63,134 bases of DNA, taken from a virus. Taxonomy: Duplodnaviria; Caudoviricetes. Below the pieces are notes generated by a model that was not told where the DNA came from, did not search any database, and was given only the letters and a program-made list of their open reading frames with translations. Position 1 is the first letter of the stretch, and each line of letters opens with the position of its first letter. Both the position numbers and the translations under genes were made by a program. Where the stretch lies: the IMG/VR virus record IMGVR_UViG_3300032677_000031, positions 1 to 63,134 of that record, one strand, 5' to 3'. Positions 7,722 to 15,390 of the stretch are shown piece by piece.

Positions 7722-7808
7722 TGTTCTCGGCTCGTGGCCTCGAGTGAGGTCAGCCCTGTGTCGGTTATGACGACTGGGGAAAAGCATAGGGCAAGCGGGC
7801 CGAGGACA
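7722..7808 (+). ncRNA. intergenic three-way-junction RNA structure
   Basis: 13-bp closing stem TGTTCTCGGCTCG/CGGGCCGAGGACA enclosing TGGCCTC-GAGT-GAGGTCA and GCCCTGTGT/GCATAGGGC; G-U pairs on the + strand. Confidence 0.5.
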
Positions 7809-7820
7809 CTCCATAAATAT

Positions 7821-8027
7821 ATGAACGCACAAGAATACTGGGACAAAGAAGGAGCTCGACTTCTACTTGATTACGACAATCACATTCCTTCAATTGAAGA
7901 ACGCGTGAAGTCCGCCTACAACGCCGGCGCTACCGACGCTTACGAAAAGCTATTACAGCTCGAACGTGAGATGGAGCGTACCCGCAGAGACAATTTCTTC
8001 CGCAACCACCTGAACCAAACAACATGA
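7821..8027 (+). CDS. hypothetical protein
   Basis: Start moved to MNAQEYW, downstream of the RNA structure. Confidence 0.65.
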   Translation: MNAQEYWDKEGARLLLDYDNHIPSIEERVKSAYNAGATDAYEKLLQLEREMERTRRDNFFRNHLNQTT

Positions 8028-8203
8028 AACACGACCTACTCGACCTGATTGATTACCACGAAAGACAAGCAAGGCTTACCAAGAATTGGTCCACCGCCAA
8101 TGATGGCGATGTCACCAAGGACAAACATTTCTTTCATACTCGCTCGGTCATCCTGCTCAGCGACATCCTGAAAAGCTACGAGGAAAGCATCAATGAAGCT
8201 TGA
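8024..8203 (+). CDS. 59-aa hypothetical protein (not in ORF track)
   Basis: MKHDLLDLIDYHERQARL...; ATGA overlap. Confidence 0.55.
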   Translation: MKHDLLDLIDYHERQARLTKNWSTANDGDVTKDKHFFHTRSVILLSDILKSYEESINEA

Positions 8204-8522
8204 AGACCCTACCGAGTGGACTCCGCACAAGTCCAACCAGCGCCTCATCGCCCACAGCCCTTCGGCATGTGCCGGTGATCCCTGCCCCGTTCACAACGTG
8301 AGCGATCACCACATGCGCGACTGGCCCCAGCACTACCGCAACGACCGCGGCATCACCGAGCGGATTTGCCCCCACGGCATAGGCCATCCGGACCCGGACG
8401 ACCGTTGCTGCCGAACCCCCTACGGCGGCGTCCACGGTTGCGACGGCTGCTGCACGCCACCCGAGGAGAAAAGAAAGTCCGAAGAGCTCAAGGGCTACGT
8501 TCGTGACGAGAATACCCAGTGA
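8193..8522 (+). CDS. Cys/His-rich phage protein
   Basis: CPVHN..DHHM..WP...ERICPHGIGHPDPD...HGCDGCC. Confidence 0.7.
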   Translation: MKLEDPTEWTPHKSNQRLIAHSPSACAGDPCPVHNVSDHHMRDWPQHYRNDRGITERICPHGIGHPDPDDRCCRTPYGGVHGCDGCCTPPEEKRKSEELKGYVRDENTQ

Positions 8523-8752
8523 ACCTTGACCCTCTGCCGGGCGCTGTCTGGGTGGCCTCTGACGTCAATCTTGACATCAGCATCAAACCCGGATCGGTAC
8601 CGAAGACCTATGAAGAACTCGTCGATTTTTCAGAAGCCATCAATCATCACTTTGTATTACACGGTGCTGCTTGGGCTCGCTACCTTCTGTTTGACGAGAA
8701 GGCAAAACCAATTGTCGAACTCAAATACGAATTTATCAAAAATAATTCTTGA
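8519..8752 (+). CDS. hypothetical protein
   Basis: GTGA overlap; 77 aa. Confidence 0.55.
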   Translation: MNLDPLPGAVWVASDVNLDISIKPGSVPKTYEELVDFSEAINHHFVLHGAAWARYLLFDEKAKPIVELKYEFIKNNS

Positions 8753-8777
8753 CGCCCAAGGCGCTTGGGATTATTTC
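8749..8777 (+). promoter_or_regulatory. early promoter with perfect operator-like palindrome
   Basis: TTGACG-17 nt-TATTTC; spacer CCCAAG-GCG-CTTGGG; upstream A-tract. Confidence 0.65.
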
Positions 8778-8830
8778 TCAACCCGTCCATAAAGGACATA
8801 CATACAACAACCAACCCAACACCCACTACC

Positions 8831-8959
8831 ATGAAAGACCTACACGGAATCGTAATCGGAAACTACACCACCAAGAAGCTTGCCACGAAGGCTGCGTCCA
8901 AGACACCCCAACAGGTAATCCAAGAGCGCATCAACGCAACCCGCGGAGTATCCAAATGA
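8831..8959 (+). CDS. small basic protein
   Basis: MKDLHGIVIG... after an A/C-rich leader. Confidence 0.55.
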   Translation: MKDLHGIVIGNYTTKKLATKAASKTPQQVIQERINATRGVSK

Positions 8960-9162
8960 ACCGCACCAGCGCTGCTTCCAAGGAGTACATCCAGACCGTT
9001 GCCCACCTCAAAGGTGGCGGCAAGCAAATCAACCAAAACTATCAGGACAACCAGCCCAAGGGGAAAGCCTCTGAGGCCGGCAAAAATGAGCAAGTCCAGA
9101 AGTGCTGCGATCACAAGAAACCCACAAAAAAAACTTTGGCACCAGAAAAAGATTGTCAGTAA
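8956..9162 (+). CDS. small basic protein
   Basis: MNRTSAASKE..., ATGA overlap. Confidence 0.55.
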   Translation: MNRTSAASKEYIQTVAHLKGGGKQINQNYQDNQPKGKASEAGKNEQVQKCCDHKKPTKKTLAPEKDCQ

Positions 9163-9170
9163 TGGGTGAA

Positions 9171-9202
9171 GCGGGGGTCGGGAGCTCATGCTCGGCCCCC
9201 GC
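9171..9202 (+). other. GC-rich intergenic hairpin without U-tract
   Basis: GCGGGGGTCG...CGGCCCCCGC. Confidence 0.5.
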
Positions 9203-9222
9203 ACATTCATCATAAATACATA

Positions 9223-9393
9223 ATGAACGCACGAAATTATTACGGAGATCGGCCACTTGTCTGGTGGCCTTTGTTCTTGACCAAGCTTTTCCCAGACAAT
9301 TCATACTTTATTGATAAAGCTCCAAAATTCCATAGCACGGTAAAACCTAGTGCACCTTTTTCTAAAACATCTAAACGCCATGCCCACAAATAA
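9223..9393 (+). CDS. hypothetical protein
   Basis: Start moved to MNARNYY. Confidence 0.5.
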   Translation: MNARNYYGDRPLVWWPLFLTKLFPDNSYFIDKAPKFHSTVKPSAPFSKTSKRHAHK

Positions 9394-9619
9394 AACCATC
9401 AAAGACCACCCTGCATTCCCGGTAACCCCTCACCCCGGGGACCAGATCAACAAAGCTGTGCGCGGTAACTCAGGCATGTCCATGCTTGATTTCTTTGCCG
9501 GTGTCGCAACCGTAGGCTTATCACAATCCGAAATACCACCGCATCAAGTTGCTGAGGAAGCCTACGACATCGCCGAGCACCTCATGCAGGAGCGCTTGGA
9601 GCGCTACGCCAATAAATGA
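9380..9619 (+). CDS. conserved phage protein (PAFP...GMS.LD.FA type)
   Basis: HPAFP...SGMSMLDFFAG...AEEAYDIAEHLMQER. Confidence 0.7.
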   Translation: MPTNKTIKDHPAFPVTPHPGDQINKAVRGNSGMSMLDFFAGVATVGLSQSEIPPHQVAEEAYDIAEHLMQERLERYANK

Positions 9620-10170
9620 AAACCATTTCGGAACAGCCTAAGCCAAAATTTAAGCTCGTCCCGAAAGCACCCAAAACCACCAACGTTATGTACGTATACG
9701 GAATTGACCCCGGCAAGTCTGGAGCGATCGTCCTGATCGACAGCAAGGCCAAGCTCAAGGAAGTCGTCAAGATGCCTGAGGCCGATGAAGATTTGGCCGC
9801 GGAGCTCAGCATGATTGTTGACAACAAAAGCCGCAGCGAAGTCTGGATTGAGAGGATCCCCAAGTTTGCCGGAAAGAATCAGTCCGGTGCCAGCGTAGCT
9901 ACGTTGTTCGCCAATTACCGGTATATCGTGGGATACCTCGAAGGCCGCGGGGTTACCGTGCATCAGGTAGTGCCTCAGGTCTGGATGAAGCCATATCGTC
10001 TTCTTGCCAAAGACTGGCAGGTGATGACCTACAACACCCGCAAGAAATATCTCCACGCAATGGCGATGTCTGAATTTTTCTCCGACAAAAAAACCCTGCC
10101 ACGTTGGGCAGCCGATGCAGCGCTTATCGCCCTGCACGGAGCCACGATTGGCGAAATCCTTGTAAAATAA
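9616..10170 (+). CDS. RuvC-like Holliday junction resolvase
   Basis: YGIDPGKSGAIV, VWIE, PQVW, ADAALIA motifs. Confidence 0.8.
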   Translation: MKTISEQPKPKFKLVPKAPKTTNVMYVYGIDPGKSGAIVLIDSKAKLKEVVKMPEADEDLAAELSMIVDNKSRSEVWIERIPKFAGKNQSGASVATLFANYRYIVGYLEGRGVTVHQVVPQVWMKPYRLLAKDWQVMTYNTRKKYLHAMAMSEFFSDKKTLPRWAADAALIALHGATIGEILVK

Positions 10171-10367
10171 TGCACCCACTACTCGCCGTAACGTTTTTTC
10201 TGAACATTATTTTTTCGACGAAAGAATTTTTTGATGTCTGGGATTACCTCACTTTGGCCAAACTTAAAGGAGAAAAGCCCAAGCCCGAGGATTATATAGA
10301 ACTTTGGTTTTCCGCTTCGCTATCCGTTTTCACTTTGGTTGCCTTTACCATCTATTGCTTCCGTTAG
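10170..10367 (+). CDS. small two-TM membrane protein
   Basis: MHPLLAVTFF...; two hydrophobic segments. Confidence 0.55.
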   Translation: MHPLLAVTFFLNIIFSTKEFFDVWDYLTLAKLKGEKPKPEDYIELWFSASLSVFTLVAFTIYCFR

Positions 10368-10390
10368 TAAACCACCAACAACACAACACC

Positions 10391-10933
10391 ATGCCAGACG
10401 ACGATACAACACAAACAACCTCAGAAACATCAACAGTGGCTGCAACTTCGGCACCGGAGAACGTAGTCCCTTTTACGCCAGCCTCGGAGACGACGCCAGC
10501 AGCCCCCGCAGCCGAGGCATCTTCAGCTACCGCGCCCGACCCACAGGCTGCTTCTACGGATGCGTCAGCGACCCCTGCTGCCGAACCCACAGGGTTGCCC
10601 ACCATCAACAACATTCAGGATGCGGTGAACCATGTGATAAGCAACGTTGACATCAACACCGTCAGCCATCACGACATCGTTCACGAGCTCTTTCAGAACA
10701 CGCAGGAGTACGCTTTCAAGCTGCTTCTCTCTGCCAAGCTGTTTGAGCAGATGATCATCCGCGACTCCTTTGGTCTCAAGGGTGAAGCATTTGATTTCCT
10801 TCGCTACGCCGACGAGGCCGTGACCAACGAAGTGCATGCCATCCTCAAGGCTAAGGTTGTAATCCCCGCCCCCGAAGCTCCCGCCCCCGAAGCTCCCGAG
10901 CCCGCTGCCTCGAGCGATCAGGCAGTCAGCTAA
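10391..10933 (+). CDS. Ala/Pro/Thr-rich hypothetical protein
   Basis: Start MPDDDTT; low-complexity termini, 15-bp tandem repeat encoding PAPEA. Confidence 0.7.
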   Translation: MPDDDTTQTTSETSTVAATSAPENVVPFTPASETTPAAPAAEASSATAPDPQAASTDASATPAAEPTGLPTINNIQDAVNHVISNVDINTVSHHDIVHELFQNTQEYAFKLLLSAKLFEQMIIRDSFGLKGEAFDFLRYADEAVTNEVHAILKAKVVIPAPEAPAPEAPEPAASSDQAVS

Positions 10934-10982
10934 TTGGTCCCAAACCATCGCCAACACAAACATACGCCCCTCGTAAACCTAA

Positions 10983-11015
10983 CCCCGGTAGAGGACATTG
11001 ACCCCTCTGCCGGGG
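10983..11015 (+). other. GC-rich intergenic hairpin without U-tract
   Basis: CCCCGGTAGAGG...CCTCTGCCGGGG. Confidence 0.5.
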
Positions 11016-11034
11016 GACGGTAACTTAAAGCCCT

Positions 11035-11220
11035 ATGAAAATTCCTGTACATCTTAAAAGCATGATCACCCCGAACCCTGAAGCGCACCACGTAAAGGGA
11101 CCGCGGAAACACCACGGGAAAAAAGCTCCTAAAGGTGCCAGCGAAGAGACCGGGGGGGTCGAAAAGAAAATTAAGAAATGGATCCCGAAACGCGACACGC
11201 TTGCAAAGCCAAATCTTTGA
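11035..11220 (+). CDS. small basic protein
   Basis: 61 aa, Lys/His-rich. Confidence 0.5.
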   Translation: MKIPVHLKSMITPNPEAHHVKGPRKHHGKKAPKGASEETGGVEKKIKKWIPKRDTLAKPNL

Positions 11221-11741
11221 TGAAGCTGATCGCCTTTGCAGGTAAAGCCGGCTCGGGTAAGAGCACGCTGTCAAAGTACCTCGTGGATAATCACGGGTAC
11301 ACGCTTGTGAAGTTTGCGGATGTCATCAAGGACATGCTTCGTGTGCTCGGACTTACCGATCATGAAATCGAAGGTGAAGGCAAAGAAAAGCCCTGCTATC
11401 TTCTTGGAGGAAAGACTCCACGGTACGCCATGCAGACGCTGGGAACCGAGTGGGGTAGGGAGACGATGTACCCGCTGATCTGGATTGACGCTTGGTACCG
11501 CCGCACAAACGCTGTGCTGCAATCCGGAGGCAAAGTCGTATGCGATGACATACGTTTTGGTAATGAGGTTGAGGCAATCTGGAAGCTCAATGGGTACGTA
11601 TTTGAAGTCTTCAGGCCGCAACAAAATCAAATTTCGGAGAGCTCACACACCTCCGAGATAATTGACTTTTCCTGCGATGCAACGCTATTGAACAACGAGA
11701 CCATCACCGAACTCTGCGAGAAATTAGAAACTTTTTTATGA
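11220..11741 (+). CDS. deoxynucleoside monophosphate kinase
   Basis: GKAGSGKS P-loop, FAD..K, PRYAMQTLGTEWGR, DDIRF.NE, H.SE. Confidence 0.9.
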   Translation: MKLIAFAGKAGSGKSTLSKYLVDNHGYTLVKFADVIKDMLRVLGLTDHEIEGEGKEKPCYLLGGKTPRYAMQTLGTEWGRETMYPLIWIDAWYRRTNAVLQSGGKVVCDDIRFGNEVEAIWKLNGYVFEVFRPQQNQISESSHTSEIIDFSCDATLLNNETITELCEKLETFL

Positions 11742-11941
11742 GCACAAAACACACACCTGAATCACGAGCCAGCCGGCTCAAAGAAATAACCAAGGCCATG
11801 AAGTCAAAGGATCTCCACCCTACGGAGCGCCGCAAACTAGCCAGTGAGCTAGGGGGGCTGCGTGGGGCTGGATCCCTTGCACGCCGAATGGCAGCCATAA
11901 AAGGGAATCATGTACGACATGGAAAATCTTGGCTCGCTTAA
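11738..11941 (+). CDS. small basic protein
   Basis: 67 aa, ATGA overlap. Confidence 0.55.
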   Translation: MSTKHTPESRASRLKEITKAMKSKDLHPTERRKLASELGGLRGAGSLARRMAAIKGNHVRHGKSWLA

Positions 11942-12521
11942 CCGTTTTTGGCAGGGGGAGGTTAACCCCGATGGAAAAGTTTTTTGGGAATACCAACGGG
12001 GAAAACCTGTTTGGCTATCCCGTGAAAAATTTTTAGACCGGCAAGACAAAAAAAGAAAACGTGCTCAAGCTAGGTTTACCGTTAGGTATGCTACGGATCA
12101 GGATTATCGAGCTCGAACTTTAGCAAAAAATTTAGCCGGGTATTACCGAAACAGGGCTGAGCGGGTTATTAAGGCGTCTAGGTATTCAACACTTCGCCGC
12201 AAGCAAAACCCCCTAGCAAAGCTATCTCACCAAATCGGTTCCTTGATAAGAACTTCTTTTGGCCGCAAAGGGCTTAAGAAGCGCAGCAAAACTGAAACGC
12301 TCTTGGGTTGCTCGATTTTCGATTTCCGAAAACATATAGAAAATCAATTCCTCCCCGGGATGACGTGGGAAAACCGTGAAGAATGGCACGTTGATCACAT
12401 CATTCCGATAGCGTCGGCCCGTACAGATGAAGAGCTTATGAAATTAAATCATTACACCAACCTACGCCCTCTTTGGGCAATAGATAACCTAAAGAAAGGA
12501 GCTAAAGTAAACCTTGTATGA
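11910..12521 (+). CDS. HNH homing endonuclease
   Basis: LLGCS...GMTWEN..EWHVDHIIP...LNHYTNLRPLWAIDNLKKG. Confidence 0.85.
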   Translation: MYDMENLGSLNRFWQGEVNPDGKVFWEYQRGKPVWLSREKFLDRQDKKRKRAQARFTVRYATDQDYRARTLAKNLAGYYRNRAERVIKASRYSTLRRKQNPLAKLSHQIGSLIRTSFGRKGLKKRSKTETLLGCSIFDFRKHIENQFLPGMTWENREEWHVDHIIPIASARTDEELMKLNHYTNLRPLWAIDNLKKGAKVNLV

Positions 12522-12640
12522 TCTGGATCACCCTACGAATACTATTCGGCATCGTCATGCTCTGCAGCTTGGCAGCCGCGGCTTTTTTATTCATCTGCCT
12601 AATACCTGAAGACGATGCAAAAAAAGATCGACTCCAATAA
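12518..12640 (+). CDS. 40-aa single-TM peptide (not in ORF track)
   Basis: MIWITLRILFGIVMLCSLAAAAFLFICL...; ATGA overlap. Confidence 0.5.
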   Translation: MIWITLRILFGIVMLCSLAAAAFLFICLIPEDDAKKDRLQ

Positions 12641-12812
12641 ATGGAAGGGCTCGTGGGGCGGAGGTAAAGGCTCCGACCCGCGCCCAATCAATAAATCAAC
12701 CTATGACAAAAATTTTGACGACATCGTCTGGAATCATCAATCTGCGACCGTATCAAACGGAGGCAGCGGGAAAGCTTGCGGACGCCCTGCAAAAGCACGG
12801 CGTAGCCGTTGA
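12615..12812 (+). CDS. small conserved phage protein
   Basis: GGKGSDPRP....YDKNFDDI motif. Confidence 0.6.
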   Translation: MQKKIDSNKWKGSWGGGKGSDPRPINKSTYDKNFDDIVWNHQSATVSNGGSGKACGRPAKARRSR

Positions 12813-14073
12813 CCTGAGCGACACCGGACTGGGGAAAACGTTCCATGCCCTCGCAGCTGTTAAGAGCTTTGACGTGCCCTTCGTGGTCATCTGCCGCGCT
12901 TCGTCGCGCCATAAATGGGAACAGGCGGTGCGGGACTTCGATCTTCACCAGAACTGCTTGGCCGTGGATTCGTGGCAGCGGTTTACCAATGGACGTAATC
13001 ACCGGGAGATCGTCACAAGACAGGCGTCCGGTCGCTCCACGTCTTATTCGTGGAATCCTGCAGCCCCTACGGTTATTATTTTTGACGAGGTGCAGGACGC
13101 TGGTGGACAGACGTCGCTCAACAGCCAGCTGCTCATAGGCGTCGGTAGATCCAGCAAGACCTACGCTATATGTCTCTCTGCCACGGTCGCCGACAGCCCT
13201 TTGAAGCTCAAGGCCCTTGGCTTTCTGTGCGGCCTCCACAACCTGAGCAACTTCTACGGCTGGGCAATGGACCACGGCTGCGGCAAATCTCCGTTCGGAT
13301 ACAATCAGCTCTACTTCAAGCCGAATCAAAGCAAGTGGGTTATCCCGAAGCTGCGCGATGCTCTGGAGCCGTATGGTGTGAGAGTCTGCCGGGATACGGT
13401 GAGTGAATACCTGCCTCAAGAGACCGTAGAGATCGAGCTCTGGGACGTGGGATCTCCCACCAAGTTTGTCCGGGACGCGCTGGATCGCCTCGAGCATACC
13501 CGAGACGAAGACTTGCTGAAGCACGAGGACGGAACGCCCGGGGCGGTCGAGCAGATGCGTGACCGGCAGGAGGCCGAGCTGCGTAGGCTGGTGCCGCTGG
13601 TAGCTGAGATCAAAGCCGCGGTCGAGGGCGGGATGTATTGCCCGGTGTTCCTGAATTTCACGGCTTCGGTAGACACACTCAAAATCATGCTGCAGTCGGA
13701 AAAGATTTCCGTTGGCGTGTTTGACGGACGTGACAAGTGGAAGCGCGAGGTGGACCGGGAAGACTTTATGAAGGGCGAGCTGCGAGTGTTGATCCTGCAG
13801 AGCGCTGCCGGCAGCGCCAGTATTGATTTGCATGACATTGTCGGCGGTCGTCCCCGGATGACGTTTATTTCTCCCCACTATCAATCGGAGGTAATGTTGC
13901 AAATGCTTGGACGAGCTGTTAGATTTGGTGCCAAAACCCCCGTGATCCAGAGAATCTGTTTTGCTGAAGGAACAATCGAAGAAAAAGTTTTTCGCGTTGT
14001 TGAGCAGAAAGCTAGGAACGTGAATGCTTTGAATGACGGGGTTTGGGATGCTGCTTTTAGAAATGCAAACTAA
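12703..14073 (+). CDS. SF2 (SNF2-like) DNA helicase
   Basis: LRPYQ, DTGLGKT, DEVQ, LSAT, QMLGRAVRFG, GTIEE. Confidence 0.88.
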   Translation: MTKILTTSSGIINLRPYQTEAAGKLADALQKHGVAVDLSDTGLGKTFHALAAVKSFDVPFVVICRASSRHKWEQAVRDFDLHQNCLAVDSWQRFTNGRNHREIVTRQASGRSTSYSWNPAAPTVIIFDEVQDAGGQTSLNSQLLIGVGRSSKTYAICLSATVADSPLKLKALGFLCGLHNLSNFYGWAMDHGCGKSPFGYNQLYFKPNQSKWVIPKLRDALEPYGVRVCRDTVSEYLPQETVEIELWDVGSPTKFVRDALDRLEHTRDEDLLKHEDGTPGAVEQMRDRQEAELRRLVPLVAEIKAAVEGGMYCPVFLNFTASVDTLKIMLQSEKISVGVFDGRDKWKREVDREDFMKGELRVLILQSAAGSASIDLHDIVGGRPRMTFISPHYQSEVMLQMLGRAVRFGAKTPVIQRICFAEGTIEEKVFRVVEQKARNVNALNDGVWDAAFRNAN

Positions 14074-14680
14074 GCGTTACCGACAGGGGGAAATTCGGGG
14101 AGACGGTATGGTTTTTTGGTCTTACAACGAAGACTGCAAAAATGGCGAGTATTGGATTACTCCCGAAAGGTATCAAACCCGAAAAGAAAAACGTAGGATA
14201 GCCCAACGACGTTGGGTATTACAAAACCCAAGCTCTAGTAAGGAGACCTTGAGGAGATATAAAAATAAATTTCCTGAGAAAGTTGCAGGATGGAGAAAAG
14301 CATGGTACGCAGCAAACCGAGATAAAATAAATGCTGCCCGGAGGGAACAGGTAGCCCTCCGAAAGAAAAAAGATCCTGTGTTTTCCTTGGCTTCAGGTTT
14401 TAGAAGTCGGGTAGGGTTGGAGTTCCGAAAGAAAAATTTTACCAAAAGGTCTTCAGCTTTTAGGATATTGGGGTGTACGTTTGAACAGTTACAAAAACAC
14501 CTAGAAGCCCAATTCCTTCCCGGCATGACGTGGAAAAACCGCGGAGAGTGGCACATTGACCACATTGTCCCACTTGCCACGGCTAAAACCGAGGAGGACG
14601 TTGTTCGGCTCAACCACTACACAAATCTTCGCCCGTTGTGGGCTATAGACAATTTGAAAAAAGGCGCTAAGTCCGCATAA
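14063..14680 (+). CDS. HNH homing endonuclease (paralogue of 11910..12521)
   Basis: ILGC...GMTWKNRGEWHIDHIVP...NHYTNLRPLWAIDNLKKG. Confidence 0.85.
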   Translation: MQTKRYRQGEIRGDGMVFWSYNEDCKNGEYWITPERYQTRKEKRRIAQRRWVLQNPSSSKETLRRYKNKFPEKVAGWRKAWYAANRDKINAARREQVALRKKKDPVFSLASGFRSRVGLEFRKKNFTKRSSAFRILGCTFEQLQKHLEAQFLPGMTWKNRGEWHIDHIVPLATAKTEEDVVRLNHYTNLRPLWAIDNLKKGAKSA

Positions 14681-14765
14681 ACACTGGCTCCGCGGGCGAT
14701 GAAAGATTTTTGAAAAAAGTTCTTGTACTCCCAAGCAGCTAGGCATAGATTCATCCCAGACAGTC
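14673..14765 (+). promoter_or_regulatory. early/middle promoter cassette, copy B
   Basis: 23-bp element (inverted relative to copy A), A-tract, TTGTAC-17 nt-TAGATT, CCCAAG-CAG-CTAGGC, CAGACAGTC. Confidence 0.7.
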
Positions 14766-14782
14766 AAACAACGCATACATCT

Positions 14783-15202
14783 ATGAGCAACACCCTACTC
14801 GAAAAAACTCTTAAGAGCCCTACGTGGGTCATATTTACCGCGGAGAACCCGGACAACAAGCACCTCACCGAGGTTGAGAATGCCTGCCTCCGCATCCAGC
14901 TCAAGCGCAACCTGACCATCCACGGCTGCGACTTCGAGGAAGTCTTTGGCAAGTACGACGGCAAGCAGGAGAACGGCGTCATCCTCTATCCCAAGGCCGA
15001 AGTGACCCGCCAGCTAGCAGCACAGATTGCCCGTCACTACGGGCAGGAGTGCGTGCTGACCCACGAGGGCCTCGTTTATCAAGACGGATCTTGCCACCCG
15101 ATCGTTGACTGGAGCTTCCCGCTTACCGAGCCTGACGACAATTTCACTCTGCGCGGCAGCACCTACTTCCGCGCCAACATCGACTTCGAGAAAAAGATCT
15201 AA
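14783..15202 (+). CDS. DUF3293-like protein
   Basis: IFTAENP...N..L...L...GKY...E.G...A..YGQECVL pattern. Confidence 0.6.
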   Translation: MSNTLLEKTLKSPTWVIFTAENPDNKHLTEVENACLRIQLKRNLTIHGCDFEEVFGKYDGKQENGVILYPKAEVTRQLAAQIARHYGQECVLTHEGLVYQDGSCHPIVDWSFPLTEPDDNFTLRGSTYFRANIDFEKKI

Positions 15203-15390
15203 TGAGCTCACTAATCAACAAAGCCGCCGTAAAGAAGTATTTGCTTGAACGAGCCAAAGCACTTCGGCCAAGCCACCCCTTCACCCGCGTATCCGCGGAG
15301 TCGTTGAAAAACCTAGACCTATCCATACGCAATCTTTGCGATAGCCACATTCGGCAGCATCCCGCTTGCGGTCAGACATTAAAATTCTAA
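15202..15390 (+). CDS. putative histone-fold protein
   Basis: LINKAAVKKY...RVSAESL..LD..I..L...I...GQTL resembles short prokaryotic/phage histone folds. Confidence 0.55.
   Translation: MSSLINKAAVKKYLLERAKALRPSHPFTRVSAESLKNLDLSIRNLCDSHIRQHPACGQTLKF

Noticed and set aside
10864-10893. Short tandem repeats (also about 33424-33461 and 43962-44017)
   Set aside because: In-frame low-complexity peptide repeats with no spacers or regulatory context
12688-13902. Long antisense ORFs (also 50371..51639, 57469..58608, 45407..46297, 29343..30230)
   Set aside because: They shadow well-supported genes on the opposite strand and are explained by codon bias
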